The position numbers and the translations under genes are program-made. DNA of 63,833 bases, filler included, from Sluysia triapertura (lineage: Eukaryota), in the NCBI GenBank assembly GCA_046118255.1. It is 5 parts of 5 records of this genome, joined end to end, with 100 filler letters (N's around TTAATTAATTAA, not from the genome) between each part and the next. Parts side by side here need not be neighbours in the genome. Positions count along the whole stretch, not along the records: positions 51,665 to 63,833 come from JBJNIA010132621.1; 4 more parts are not named here. The stretch is one strand, 5' to 3'. Below the pieces are notes generated by a model. It was given only the letters and a program-made list of their open reading frames with translations. It was not told the origin of the DNA and did no database searches. How positions within the stretch are numbered: the first letter of the stretch is position 1; each line of letters begins with the position of its first letter. Shown in pieces: positions 51,665 to 63,833 of the stretch.

Positions 51665-52151
51665 ATATAGACTCTGATTTGTTCAAAACTTATATATAAA
51701 AATATTGGTTTTGTAGCTAAATCCAGAACATAATAGAAAAAATTTTTTGACACAAATTTAATTTGAGATTAATTTGGAAAACGATTTTGTGATTTTAACA
51801 AGATTGTTACATAAAATGTATTGTTACAACACAAAATAATCCATAAAATATAACATAATATAACAGCGTAATATTCAAAAAATGTAATGCTTTGTTGAAA
51901 CAACGTAACATTCAATAAAACATAATGCAATGCTTACCATACGACTGAATGTTATATTAAATGCTTGGAAAATGATGTAAATACAATACTCTCTTAAAAG
52001 TTATGCTTGAATGTTATACCGAATGCCTGAGAATATGAAAATAAAAATAATATAACCGAAAATTTGAAGGTAAATGGTGAGCCACTATTGACTAGAATCA
52101 TCAAAAATACTTTATAATAATTTATAAGTATGTATATCTATTTAATACTGT

Positions 52152-52282
52152 AAACAACTATGATGTAAACAACCAATTGATTTTTCATGCACAAACAACT
52201 ACCATGTAAATAACTAATTGATTTTTCATGACACACAATTATAAATTTTGATTTCAACATGTAAATAATTATTGATTTTTGA
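52152..52282. repeat. About 40-bp tandem repeat, 2 full and 1 partial copy
   Basis: AACAACTAxxATGTAAAxAACxAATTGATTTTTCATG repeated. Confidence 0.8.
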
Positions 52283-55200
52283 TTTATATCATATTTTATT
52301 TTATTTCAATTTTGAATTTTGATTTGGATAAAGTGAGATTTTAATTTAATTTAATTTAATTTAATTTAATCTGATTTAATAATACAATTTAACTCAGCGT
52401 GATTGCTATTATTTTAAATTTAAATTATTTTTCGGTTTGTTTTAGTCTGACCGTAACAATTATCACAAAACACACAAGATAAAAATTTTTTAAATTTTCG
52501 AGCGGAGCAAAATCTTGGTAACAACTTTTGGAATATCTATCGAATTTCATCTGAATTTTTTATTAGCAATCACGTTACAATAAGATCGATATTTTCTAAA
52601 TTTCACAAACAAAATCTAAGTAAATTCAGTTAATTCATTTGGATCATATATTGGATCCTTGGTAAAATATAATTTTAAAATTATTTTATTAGTTCCGTAA
52701 TTTATTATTATTATTACTGATAATTCTTATAAAATTTTGTATAATCTTGATAATAAAGCTTTTTCTTCATAATTACTTATTCAATTAAATTGTATAGTTT
52801 TAAATTCGTTAACATTTAATTTCAAGCTAGAATTTAATTCTAGTAAGTAAAATCTATCACAACGATTTCATATAACGGAATCGACGCAAAATCATTAAAT
52901 AAATTTCACTTTTCATTTATATTTTAAGCATTAAAGTTTTTAAACAATTCTTTTTAAATATTACAATATAAAATTTTCAAGTTAACTTATAGAAAACCTT
53001 AATCCGACCATTATTACTACAATAGACATTAATAAAGTTTACCTCCAGATACGATTAAACATTGGGACTCATCTTAAATTATAAAATCAAACGGCTGGCC
53101 CTAGCTGGTAAGCCCACTACGTTGATGAACTCACTTTAAGCTAAGTTTTATTCTATTTACTTCACTTATGTGAATGCTACTAAATATATATATCTACTTA
53201 ATGAATATTAAGTTCTGACAATAGTAATCGACACAATAATACATGAATAAATCAATCTAAAAAATGTGTATGTATACTAAATTTTGAATAATAATGAAAT
53301 ATAATTTGATTAATTTTTTATTAATTAATTCTTTATTAATTACTGATAAAAATTTATAGCTGTGAATAAAAAACTTGGTGGAATTAAAAGGAATCATATC
53401 AACAAACTTCTGCATAAATATTAATAAATTTAACATAATAGTAAATTATAAATCACATTATTAATTATATAAACATTTTTTGCTGGAATTATATTAATAG
53501 ATTTGTGTATAAATATCAATAACAATCGGAGTTACAACGCAACGAAAGAACTATAGACACATTTAAGTTAAATAATTTGAAGACATTCCCAAACGTTACG
53601 ATTGATTTTGTACCTGGTTGTAAGGTAATTCAAATAATTCCAGCATAAGTCGATAACATCTAAACTAGCTAAATCTCGTTCAATTTTTTTATTTAACTCT
53701 ATATATAAACTAAATTATATTGTAGTTGATGACTTTAATTATTTGTCGGTTTATATACAAGTTTTTATCTTCGATGCTTGAATAAAAATTTTGTTTATTT
53801 TATTTGTTAATTTAACTTATTGAGTAAAAGGGAATTGAGAGATAAAGTCTAGCGAATCAATATCACACTTCCATCTCTAACAACAGAGACGAGTAAAGGA
53901 CTCATAAAATCAATATACTATGTCATAAAGTAAAATTGATCAAGATTGTAGAGGCTAAAATTAGCTTGATTAGTGAGACAGATTAAATACATAACACACA
54001 GACAAGACAAACAGAGTAAATACAAAAAGCCAACGCATATTATTAACATAAAAGTAATTAAAATTTTATAAGATTATTTTAAATTATTAAAGAAACCAAA
54101 ATATCATTTTAATAGCTGTTCTCTTAAACTCTGATTTATGAGGAAATTTTTTAACTTAAAATCCGAAAATCCTAAAATGTTCACTTTGTTTAATTAAAAC
54201 ATATTTTATTCTATTAATTTTTTGTACAAAATATTAATTTCAATTGTTCAATTTTTGTAATGCATTCATACTTAATATTTTGATATAAATTAAACTTACA
54301 TAATAAATTAAAGGAACAGATTAAGTCTTTAGTGCTATTAAGTGCCTCAAAGAAACAGCGCAGGGTCTGAAATTAATTAAGAAATGCACTTAATTTGAAA
54401 GATAAATAAATGAAAACACAAATGCAGAAAACAATTAGAGTGGAGGAAACTATGCAGCATTAAAAAAATGATTTTAATGAAACAGAAACCAATACATAAA
54501 TACGCATGATAAAAATAGAAATAAGGCCAAACCAACTAACATATGGAAATTTCCTATATTATTATGAGCTTTTATTAAAATCATTTATATAATTTTAATT
54601 ATAAAATAAACCAGTGATGTGATAAAAATAAACTATAGAGAAAATTTAACTACAGGAAAAAAGTATGACATTTAAATCGAAGTTTTCCAATGATATCCGA
54701 ACAAAATACAACTTGTATGTGAAAATTGAATTTATTATTTGTGGTTATTCGGTTAGAACAAGCCATTTTGGACACTAATGTATTCATTAATTTGACTATA
54801 TTTATAACACAATTTATTATTGTAATATTTGATTAAAGTAACTGAAATTTTCACAATTTTTAAAATTTTCAAAACATAAAATTAGGAGTTCTTACACTTA
54901 TACTTAATGAATTTTATTTTATCTCAGTATAGAAAGATCTAAATTAAGTGCAAAAAATATTTTCACTCAATCATTAAATTAAAACAAACTATTTAATTCA
55001 TTTCCAAAAGTTATCATCTAAGTTATAGTAATATTAAAAAGTGAAACGTAAAATAAATTATAAAAGAAATAAAAAACATCTATATTTATAATTTTTAAAC
55101 ATTATTGCAGTATTATAAACTTTAACAAATGATGGGTAATCTTTATTTCAAGTAAATGCGGTTAACGATCCATATCTATAATGCAGTGGTGGGGATGGAG

Positions 55201-57688
55201 GCGCAAACTCTGTAATCCCGAATGACTAATCAAACACTTAATTAAATTTAATTTTAATTAAAACTTTTATTGATTAGAATCAAATGTACTATTAAATTTC
55301 CAATATTTATTTTCAATAGAATAAAAATTCTAATAATAATTTGACAATAACAGTATCAAAAATTGATTTGTGTTCATATCAGCAACTGCTACATTCTAAC
55401 TTTTTATTTTCACATTTTAAATTATTCATATTTACCGATTCTTTGCCATTGATCATAATTCAAAAAATATAAAATATAATATTAAAACTATAATAATAAT
55501 TATGTAATAATAATGGAAGTTGAAACAATAATGACACTATTAGTATAGGTTATAATAATTTTATGTACAAAAACCTAACTTCGAAAATGACTTGAAACTT
55601 AAGACTTTCTGCTTGATTTATGTATGCTAAGATTACAACTTGAATTTAAAATAATTATTTTCTAACACTTGTAATAATAACTGGAGGTTACTGTTCGCTC
55701 GTCTCTGATGGAAGAAATGGAAGTACAATATTATGTGATTTTAGGATTTGAGTTCTCTTCCTCTTGTCTAGCTAGTAACTAAAACGAACTAGTTTAAAAT
55801 CTTTATTCACACTAATCAAAATGTACTAAAATGTTTATTCGTATTGTCTCAACTGAATAATAATAGAACAGATGATTGTAAAACTAACTAAAAAATTTAA
55901 AATATTCACAAACACTGGGGATAAAATGATTTTAAGATGTCAAACGCAGATCAATGTTAACGAATATAACAAGAATAAAATCCAAAAAGATTTAATGTTA
56001 AATAAAATGTTTTTAAAATAACTACAAATACTACACATAATTTAAATGTTCTTTAACTTTGGAGAATTTTAACAACGTTATAATTATTCAAATATTATCT
56101 CAATAATAAATATGTTAAAATCAAAATTTTTACAAAGAAAATAATCAAATTATACCTTACAGAGTCTTAATATTGTCTAATAACTTTATCTCTATGCCAA
56201 ATGTCAAATGTATTTCATGATCTTCTTCACAACCAAATTTTGATGTATCAGATGTTTCTTCACAATCTTCACGATCGAATTAATGTATCTTCTTCTTCAT
56301 TCACAATCGAATAAATAATACCAAATATTAATGTACATTCGCAATCGATCGTTTCTTTATATACTCTTTAAAGTAATAATTTCTGTCTTTTTTGTAATAA
56401 AATAATAAACCCTATATTATTCATTCTTTTTTCTCTACTCTAATTTATTTATTACATATTTATTATTATTTTTTATTACATACTTTAATTATTATTTTTC
56501 TCATAAAATAAACTCTATTAATATTTTGCGTATCTATTATTATTCGTTTTTTAACTATTTACTATATGTTAATTTGAATAAAATAATAACGATAACAATA
56601 GGCTTTTGTTATTATTTTTTACTATTACAATAGGTACTAATGCATTCTGCTATTACGGTCTCTTAGGACCATTGTGATATTTTGATATTGTGATATTGCA
56701 TTAAATATTTATTCGGTTATTCTTTGTAATATTTTGTACAACGTAATTTTGTTTTATAATTTGATTTTCAATTTTGATTTTTTTAATTTAATTTTGTATA
56801 TTTAATTTTAATTTTAAAATTTACATATTTTAACGAAACATAAATTTAACAAATATTAACTTAACATTTAAAATAGACAAAAATAATAATTCAATATTTT
56901 ACAAATGATAAAAACATTATTAAAAAATTCATAAAACGAATAAAGGTTAATTTAAAACATTGTTTGAATTACATTTGATAAAACATTAAATCTAAAAAAA
57001 GATAAAACCAAAAAGGCTAAATATTTTAAGTTTTCCTTATGAATATGTTTGTTTCAACGAAGAATTCGTTTTTTCATTTTAGAACTAGATTGTACTCCGT
57101 TCTATTACATCATATTCTATTCTTAAATAGTTCATACTTCTTAACACAATCAAAATCGAAATCACAATCTAATAGTAAATTAGTAATAGAAACAAAATAT
57201 AATTAAAATGAAATAATTTAGAATATTGAACGTAGGTTCAAATATAAATGGGCATCTTCTACAAATGATAGTGACAAGATTTTTGCAAAGAAATTTATGG
57301 TAAATATTTGGACGAATCTTAATGAAAAAGAAATGGTTAAGAATTAGAACTCATTAACTACTTTTTTTTCAATTAAATGATAAAAATGTTATATATTATA
57401 TAAATAGAAACGGTATTTTTTCCCTGGAAGAAAATGATATAGTAGCTGTTTATTTATTATTATTTTATAAGTTTAGCTGGAATTGGATAAATAAAATTTG
57501 TTTTTGGTATTTCCAAATAATAATAATAATAAGTATTTCATTCATAAAAATTAAGGCATCATTTTAATTTTATTTTTTTGTAATAATAAATTATACAAAA
57601 AACAATAGTTCAGCTACGATATTGTTACCGTTTATTTTAAAGTTAATTTTTATATAGAACATTAAAAATTTATAAATATCAATCTAAC

Positions 57689-59443
57689 CAAAGCAAAAAC
57701 TCGTTCTCTGATATTCGTATTAGTAACTAGTTGTGTAAGGTTATGCGCAACTAAATTCAATCAATTATGTAGAAAATCAAAATTCAGTTACCTAATAATA
57801 AATCAACACCATCTAATAAATCTGCTTCAACTAATTCTCGCGCAAGTACATCTACTGAATCTAAATAAAAATAAAAATACAATGAAATTAAAATTGACAA
57901 ACGATAAAATTTAAATAAATCACGTTTGTGTCACTATTCGACATCCGTCAACTTGGATAAGTTTATTCCGGTAAAATTCAAATATCTATCTCACATAAAA
58001 TTTTCATTAATGTATATTAAGATGATATAACAGTGATTTTTTCTAATTGCAATATATTCTGATACTGAACAATAGCTTCATCGGTTTTAGGCTTATTTAT
58101 TTTTGTTTTCATATTTACTTTGTTTCAATTGAAGAAATTTTTGAATTTTTAAGAGATTTAAAAGTATTCATAATTTAATTTAGTAATGCACACATTTAAT
58201 TATAACTGAGTTTTTGACTTGAGAATAATCTTGTTTATAAATATAAATGAAATTTACTAAATCTTAAATACACATCATGTGTAATCAGTGTTAAAATTGG
58301 CTATTCTAAGTGTAAACAAAAGTTGAGGTATCTATATTCAGGAACTATCTGATAGATTAACTAATTAAAATAAGATAAATATAATACGAAATGATACATA
58401 TGTAATTACGATGATAATAACTAAGTTAGTTATTCTTATATTAGTGAATTAACTATTTTTATAAGAAAGATGAATTTAGTTAAATGTTTATATTTTATAT
58501 AATTTGGTTAACTAGAAAATTGAGTAAGAGTATCAATTTTACTTAAGGATATATCATTAATCTTAAATTCAGTTGCTGATTTTGTTCTCACAAATTAGGA
58601 TCAACGTCAAAATGTCAGTGATAGAATTAAAACCATATGTAATTCAATTAAATTTTCTTGATATTATTCTTGAATATATTTAGTCTTCTTAGACTATTAT
58701 TATCAATTAATTTTTTAAGCTTCATTTTATAATTATTTTTTCCTTATTTTATTCATTTTATAATTATTTTATTCTTCATATGACCAATTTAATCTATATA
58801 TATTATTTAATTTTTCCTGTATTGTTATTTACATATATTTATTTTCTAGTTATTTGATTGCTATTCTTCATTTCCATTTTAATAAAATTATGCTTGTTCT
58901 TACTTCTGACGCTACCGTTTGGTTCGTACTTTTTGACTTGCTAACTAATTATGTTGTATTCAGATATATGTTTGTTGCGATCCACTTTTAATTTCCTTCA
59001 TAATTTTATTGATTTTAAGACATTTAAAATGTTTATTTTGAGGTTAATAAGATATTTTTTGTATTAATTTTATTTTGAGATTACTTCGATGTTTCGATAT
59101 TTTGATTTTATTGTAATTTAATCTCATACATAAATTAAATCGAACCTTTACCAACTACAAAATTAAAACTAATATCTTGTAATTCATAATTTTGTTTCGG
59201 ATTTCGTTTTCTTAATGTTATTCTGTAAAATGTGTTTGATTCTGGCGTTTTTGATTGTTGTTCTTTTTTAACGTTATTAGGTACTTTAGTTTCTTTACTA
59301 ACGACATTTTTTAAATTAAAATTCCATTTATCAATGAATTCCTTAGTAACTCCAATATCATTCTTTTCGTCTTTAGATTTTCTAGTTGGGCAAGGAGGGC
59401 AACTGGCAGTTAAAAGAACTTTTGTTAATAAATCTCGATCCTT
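57689..59443 (-). CDS. OSR1/SPAK (OXSR1/STK39/fray) kinase 3' part with CCT/PF2 domain; exons about 59443-59146, 57860-57792, 57750-57689
   Basis: Spliced translation RITLRKRNPKQNYELQDISFNFVVGK-DSVDVLARELVEADLLDGVDLLL-VAHNLTQLV...RVFAL matches LRLRNxxxELNDIRFEFxxGxDTxxxVxxELxxAxLVDGxDLxxVAxNL. GT-AG introns in phase. Kinase domain and last exon not found. Confidence 0.88.
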
Positions 59444-61197
59444 GATCACCTGAGACAAGCCAGCGTCTATCACGACTAGCTGCTGTGCACGTTATATTAG
59501 TAGTGTGTCCATGTAAAATTAAAGAATCATTGTAATAGTAATCATATATGATTAATAAATGAGAACAAGCATAAAATATGCGACATGTATCTTCCTGAGA
59601 CAAATTTATGATTGGTACATACCGATTGAAACCCAAACAAAACACTGGAGTTAAAGAGGATACTGTTGGTTTATTTTCTGGTAATATGTTACTAGATAAC
59701 CGTTTTAATTCTGTAAATTAGTTAAAATATATAAAAAAATTTACGTTATTTTTAAATATTGAATGTCAATTTTTGCATAGTAAAATTGAGGCCCGGATTA
59801 AGATAGGAATTTTTTATTAGTTTACCAATCTTTTATAATTGAGCTTCCATTAAAACCAATTTGTACTATAATTTATTTATGAAATTTGGTTTCTTAAAAA
59901 TAAGTCTGTTGTAAAAAGAAATCCGTTACCTGGAAGAAATTTATTTAGCTATTGATGCTACAAATTCGTTTGTCAATCTAAAGCTACTTTTCGATCGTAC
60001 GTTACGACTTTATTGCTTTTTCATGATCGGTTCCCCAAGCGCATAGCAAGTCAGAACACATTTTAATCTAATTTTATGTGTCCACAAAACACACATTCTA
60101 AAAATACATATTTATTCTTTATTTATATTTATTTATGTTTATTTATTTATTCTTTATATATGTTCGAACATAATTATTAGATTTAAACTCAATAAATAAA
60201 TATTAAAATTAAAATCAAAACCGTAACCTTTAATTTCTTTGTAGTATCGTTCTTTTTTTGAAAGTCTTCTTAAACTTTTCTTCGAATTATTAAATTGGTT
60301 TACATTGTTATTACCTTTGTTGCTAATATCATTTAAATCACCATCTTCAAATTCCGATTCTTCAAATTTAGAACTTTCATCATTATTTTTATCACTTTTT
60401 ACACTATTTTGAGATTTATTTCTAAACTCTTTATCTGAATTTATTTCAAAATTATCTGTTTGTTTTGTATCACTAATTTTACTTTCTAATAGTTCTTGTG
60501 ATTCTACATTACTATCTGCTTCTAACTTATTTGTATTAATTTCTGTTTTATTTTCTTGTGATTCGGTATTTTCTTGTGTTTCTAATTGATTTGTTTCTAA
60601 TATATCTGTTTCTTCTGCTTTAATTTCTTGTGACTCCATATTGACATCTGTCTCTAATTGATTTCTGTTGCTTTCTTCGTAATCTTCAATATTTTCACTG
60701 ATATCCATTGTTTCTTCTTTCAATTCATTTACTTTTTGTGCATCAATAGTCTCAGAATAATTTATTTCTTCTTCCCTTTTTTCATATTCGTCAAATTGTT
60801 TATTATGTAAATTAACATCCTCACTAGTTATCATTGTTCCGTCTGTAACTTCAGAATCATCAATCAATCCTTCTTTTGCTTCAGTTTTATCATCATTATC
60901 ATTCATTTGGATTTCTTCTCTAGATGTTTCGCTTGTTTCACCTTCAGCATTTTGTGACTGTTCACTTATTTCACCTTGTTGACTTATTTCATCTTGAATT
61001 TTGCTTACATTTGTAATTGTGTGCTCTCCATAATCAATAGAATCGTTTGTTTTTGTATTTTCATTATCTAAAAAGTATATAATAAGTTCTATATCATACC
61101 GAGTTTTTTCAAGGATTCTTCTAAATCTTTATCTAATAATAAATTCTTAGACTATGTATATAAAAATACCTTCTTTAGAGGATTCTTGTTCATCCAT
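59382..61197 (-). CDS. CFAP251: CFAP251/WDR66 5' part (acidic N-terminus plus first WD40), truncated; exons 61197-61170, 61132-61100, 61067-60228, 59710-59382
   Basis: ATG, introns of 37 and 32 nt, long Glu-rich exon, then SLTPVFCLGFNRYVPIINL...IFYACSHLLIIYDY...LHGHTTNITCTAASRDRRWLVSGDQG. Similarity ends abruptly at about 59440. Confidence 0.82.
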
Positions 61198-61675
61198 AAA
61201 TGTTTAATTGAATACTTTGAAATTAATTAACAATTAGTAACTAAGAATGTCAATTATAAAAACAAAATGTAATTATAAATAGATTTCTAACATTCACCTT
61301 ACTTTTAATGAAGGAACAATCTTAACAATTTAAATTTTATATTATAAATTGATTTATAATTATGCTAATTTAATTTTAAATTGATCAACAGTATTTATAT
61401 ATTCTTGATAATATCACAATCGATATGATAAAAGAACGTATCAGTAAAATGTATTAATATTTCAGGAAGAACATTTTCATGATGATCATTTTATGTTTGA
61501 GTTCAAACAAAAATGTAATACTGTTGTTAAAACAACCATCAGTTAGCAGAAAACAAATCGGTTAAATATATCTAAGTTAAAAGTAATGTCACTTGTATTG
61601 AAATAATATCCGTCAATATCAAGGGAATTTTTGTAATAAAAAGTCCTTTTTTAATTTACTTACCGTATGTCGTAC

Positions 61676-61810
61676 TGTGGTGCTTCAACCCTGACCTATG
61701 ATTATATTGTAACATTTACCTATACACTGACACACACCCAAACCTCAATTCATTTGAAAATACACCTAAAGAACATCAATATTTAGGACTTTCTTAAGTC
61801 TTTCACTTTT
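61676..61810 (-). mobile_element. Reverse-oriented solo-LTR-like end
   Basis: TGTGGTGCTTCAACC (reverse complement GGTTGAAGCACCACA) followed by a C/A-rich tract. Confidence 0.45.
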
Positions 61811-62409
61811 GTTTACAAAAGTCAACCTTTTAAAATAATATTAATTAAAGTTAAAATTTTAATTATAAGCAGTAATAATATCTATTTCTAATTTTTTACG
61901 AACATTATAACGATGTCTGTCAGCATATTGTCGTTGTTATTGCAAGTCTCACTGTCATTGTCTTGTTTTATTATTTTTTTGTTTTTTTGTTCTATTTTAA
62001 TAGTTGTATGTACTCTAAAGTGTGATTTTTTAACTGCATAATCGGAGGAAGTATTAAAAAACATAAGCTTTTGCAGTAAAAGAATGTGCAATTAGAAACG
62101 GTTCAATGAACATGAACAGATTATTGCATACGTGACCCAGAACATATTCACTCAATTTGTAATTAAAGATGCCATTCTATGCCACATAGCTAAAATGCCA
62201 GACATAAGAAATGTTATTAATGACATTAAAGAAACCGATAATTTAAGAATATATCCGCATTAAAACAAAAAAACAAGAATTATTGAAGCCAGTCAAATAG
62301 ATGGAAGAAGAAATAGAATTGGGAAAAATAAAATGAGTTAGTGTTGGGATGAAAAGGCCTAAGGTGCTATTTTGTAAAATTGACTATAATAAAATAAAAT
62401 TGTTAGACG

Positions 62410-62482
62410 GGGCTGATAGCTCAGTTGTAGAGGAATCGAACTGTGCAGCGAGAGGTTCCGGGTTCGATCCCCGGTCAGCCCA
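62410..62482 (+). tRNA. tRNA-like gene or pseudogene with disrupted anticodon arm (Ala/Pro-like body, isotype undetermined)
   Basis: Perfect acceptor stem GGGCTGA/TCAGCCC + A, T arm CCGGG-TTCGATC-CCCGG, A box TAGCTCAGTTG, TTTT terminator. D stem has a mismatch; anticodon stem has 3 pairs and an 8-nt loop ACTGTGCA. Confidence 0.75.
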
Positions 62483-62548
62483 TTTTATGAAGTCTAACAT
62501 TAGAACGAGAATAACATTTTCAAAGGATCATAATATCGTTTAGAAGTA

Positions 62549-63595
62549 TTAAATTACTGATAAAGTAGTCCTAAACGTTGCTTCGAAAGGTCCTCCGATT
62601 ATTTCAAGCTTGATAAATCGACTTCTTATATTCAATTTCCAATCTACATCTAGAGCTTGAAATAATTTATCAAGTACTACAGGAAGTGCAGAAAGTATGT
62701 AAAATTTGTATAAAACTATTCGATTAAGAAACAAAAATTAGTGTTACAATAATGTTTCGTCTTTAATGTTATCTGATCAATTCACTTAATAGATCTCAAT
62801 GAATTCAATAATCACAAAATCAATTATCCAAAATTTTCTTATTTTAACAATGACATTTATTAAACCCAATAGTATGTTTTGTTGAGGTGTAATTATTTTA
62901 TTTTAATTATGAAGTATAAATGATTTCATGTATATTTGAATTTAAAATAATTAATTTTATTATTGTTGTGGTTTAATGTTGGTTGAAGAGTATTGTTAAA
63001 AACTTAATTTATTATCAATATTTAAATTGAAATTATCAAAACATTTATAAATTTAACAAGATTATTACATTTAAATATTGTTGACATATAAACAATAAAA
63101 ACAAAAAAGAAACTATCTAAAGATCTATTTAAAATATTATTAATTATTTTAATTCTAGTCCTCCTTCCTGATAAAAGCCATGGTTCGCTATCTAAATAAA
63201 AATCAGAAGTTAATACAACGTTTATAAAAGAATAAAAATTGTTTACTTCGATTCTATCTTCTTCAATCAATAAAGGTCCATCACTTTAAAACGATGATCA
63301 ACATTCAGGTTCCTTAGGTCACCGAAAATAGTTTCTCTGATTATGTTAAGAGCTAATATATTTATATCGATGTTGGACTCACTCTCTTTTAAGCGCATGC
63401 TGGATGGAAATGGTATACCCAAACTGAAAGCACGTACGGTGGCACTAGTATCAGACTGACGCATTAGTGATTTTGTGGATCCATGAATGGATTGACACGT
63501 ATTCTAGATAACTAATTTAGTTTGTTATTGTAGATCTGGTTTTACAAGGTATACTGACTCAATGATATTTTCTTGCTGAAGTGTGGAGGGCCTAA
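62549..63595 (-). CDS. Unknown multi-exon gene (fragmentary, possibly disrupted)
   Basis: Exon-like blocks SIHGSTKSLMRQSDTSATVRAFSLGIPFP..., DSEPWLLSGRRTR and ALPVVLDKLFQALDVDWKLNIRSRF..., separated by short AT-rich intron-like spacers. Confidence 0.45.
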
Positions 63596-63833
63596 CAATT
63601 TTTATCTTAAAAAATTTCGTTTTTATTTTATTTTTTAATCTACTGAAAATTATTTTTAACAAACAACAATTTATTAAGCTCATTTTTAAATTAACAAACA
63701 AGGGCTTAAGGCCCGAAACAATTGAAAACCAAGATATAATTAAATTTAATTGAACAACAAAACTTGTTAATAATATATATAATATATAATAAATATAACA
63801 AATATTTAATAAATATAAATGATAGAATATAAA

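Overview
Very AT-rich eukaryotic (animal) genomic DNA made of five contigs joined by 100-nt artificial spacers (44 N + TTAATTAATTAA + 44 N). Spliceosomal micro-introns of 32-41 nt, animal-type genes and the base composition suggest a compact-genome invertebrate parasite, for example an orthonectid such as Intoshia (inference only). One gene looks intact: a Polyhomeotic-like SAM protein. TULP4 is represented by two well-conserved exons. At the right end, the 5' half of CFAP251/WDR66 is joined mid-exon and out of frame to the 3' half of an OSR1/SPAK kinase gene. Much of the rest is decayed host-gene copies (USP, ACSL, nuclear-receptor LBD, GPCR, PRPSAP) and transposon relics. The relics include a Gypsy element with both LTRs shrunk to 1.9 kb, a family of solo-LTR-like ends, hAT elements (Blackjack-, Charlie- and Tip100-like), piggyBac-type MITEs and an L2 LINE 3' end. 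Several relics keep their motif order but are strongly shortened by many small deletions. There is also a tRNA-like gene with a broken anticodon arm and a decayed repeat encoding FLAG-like DYKDDD units. All family calls come from manual motif recognition; no searches were run.
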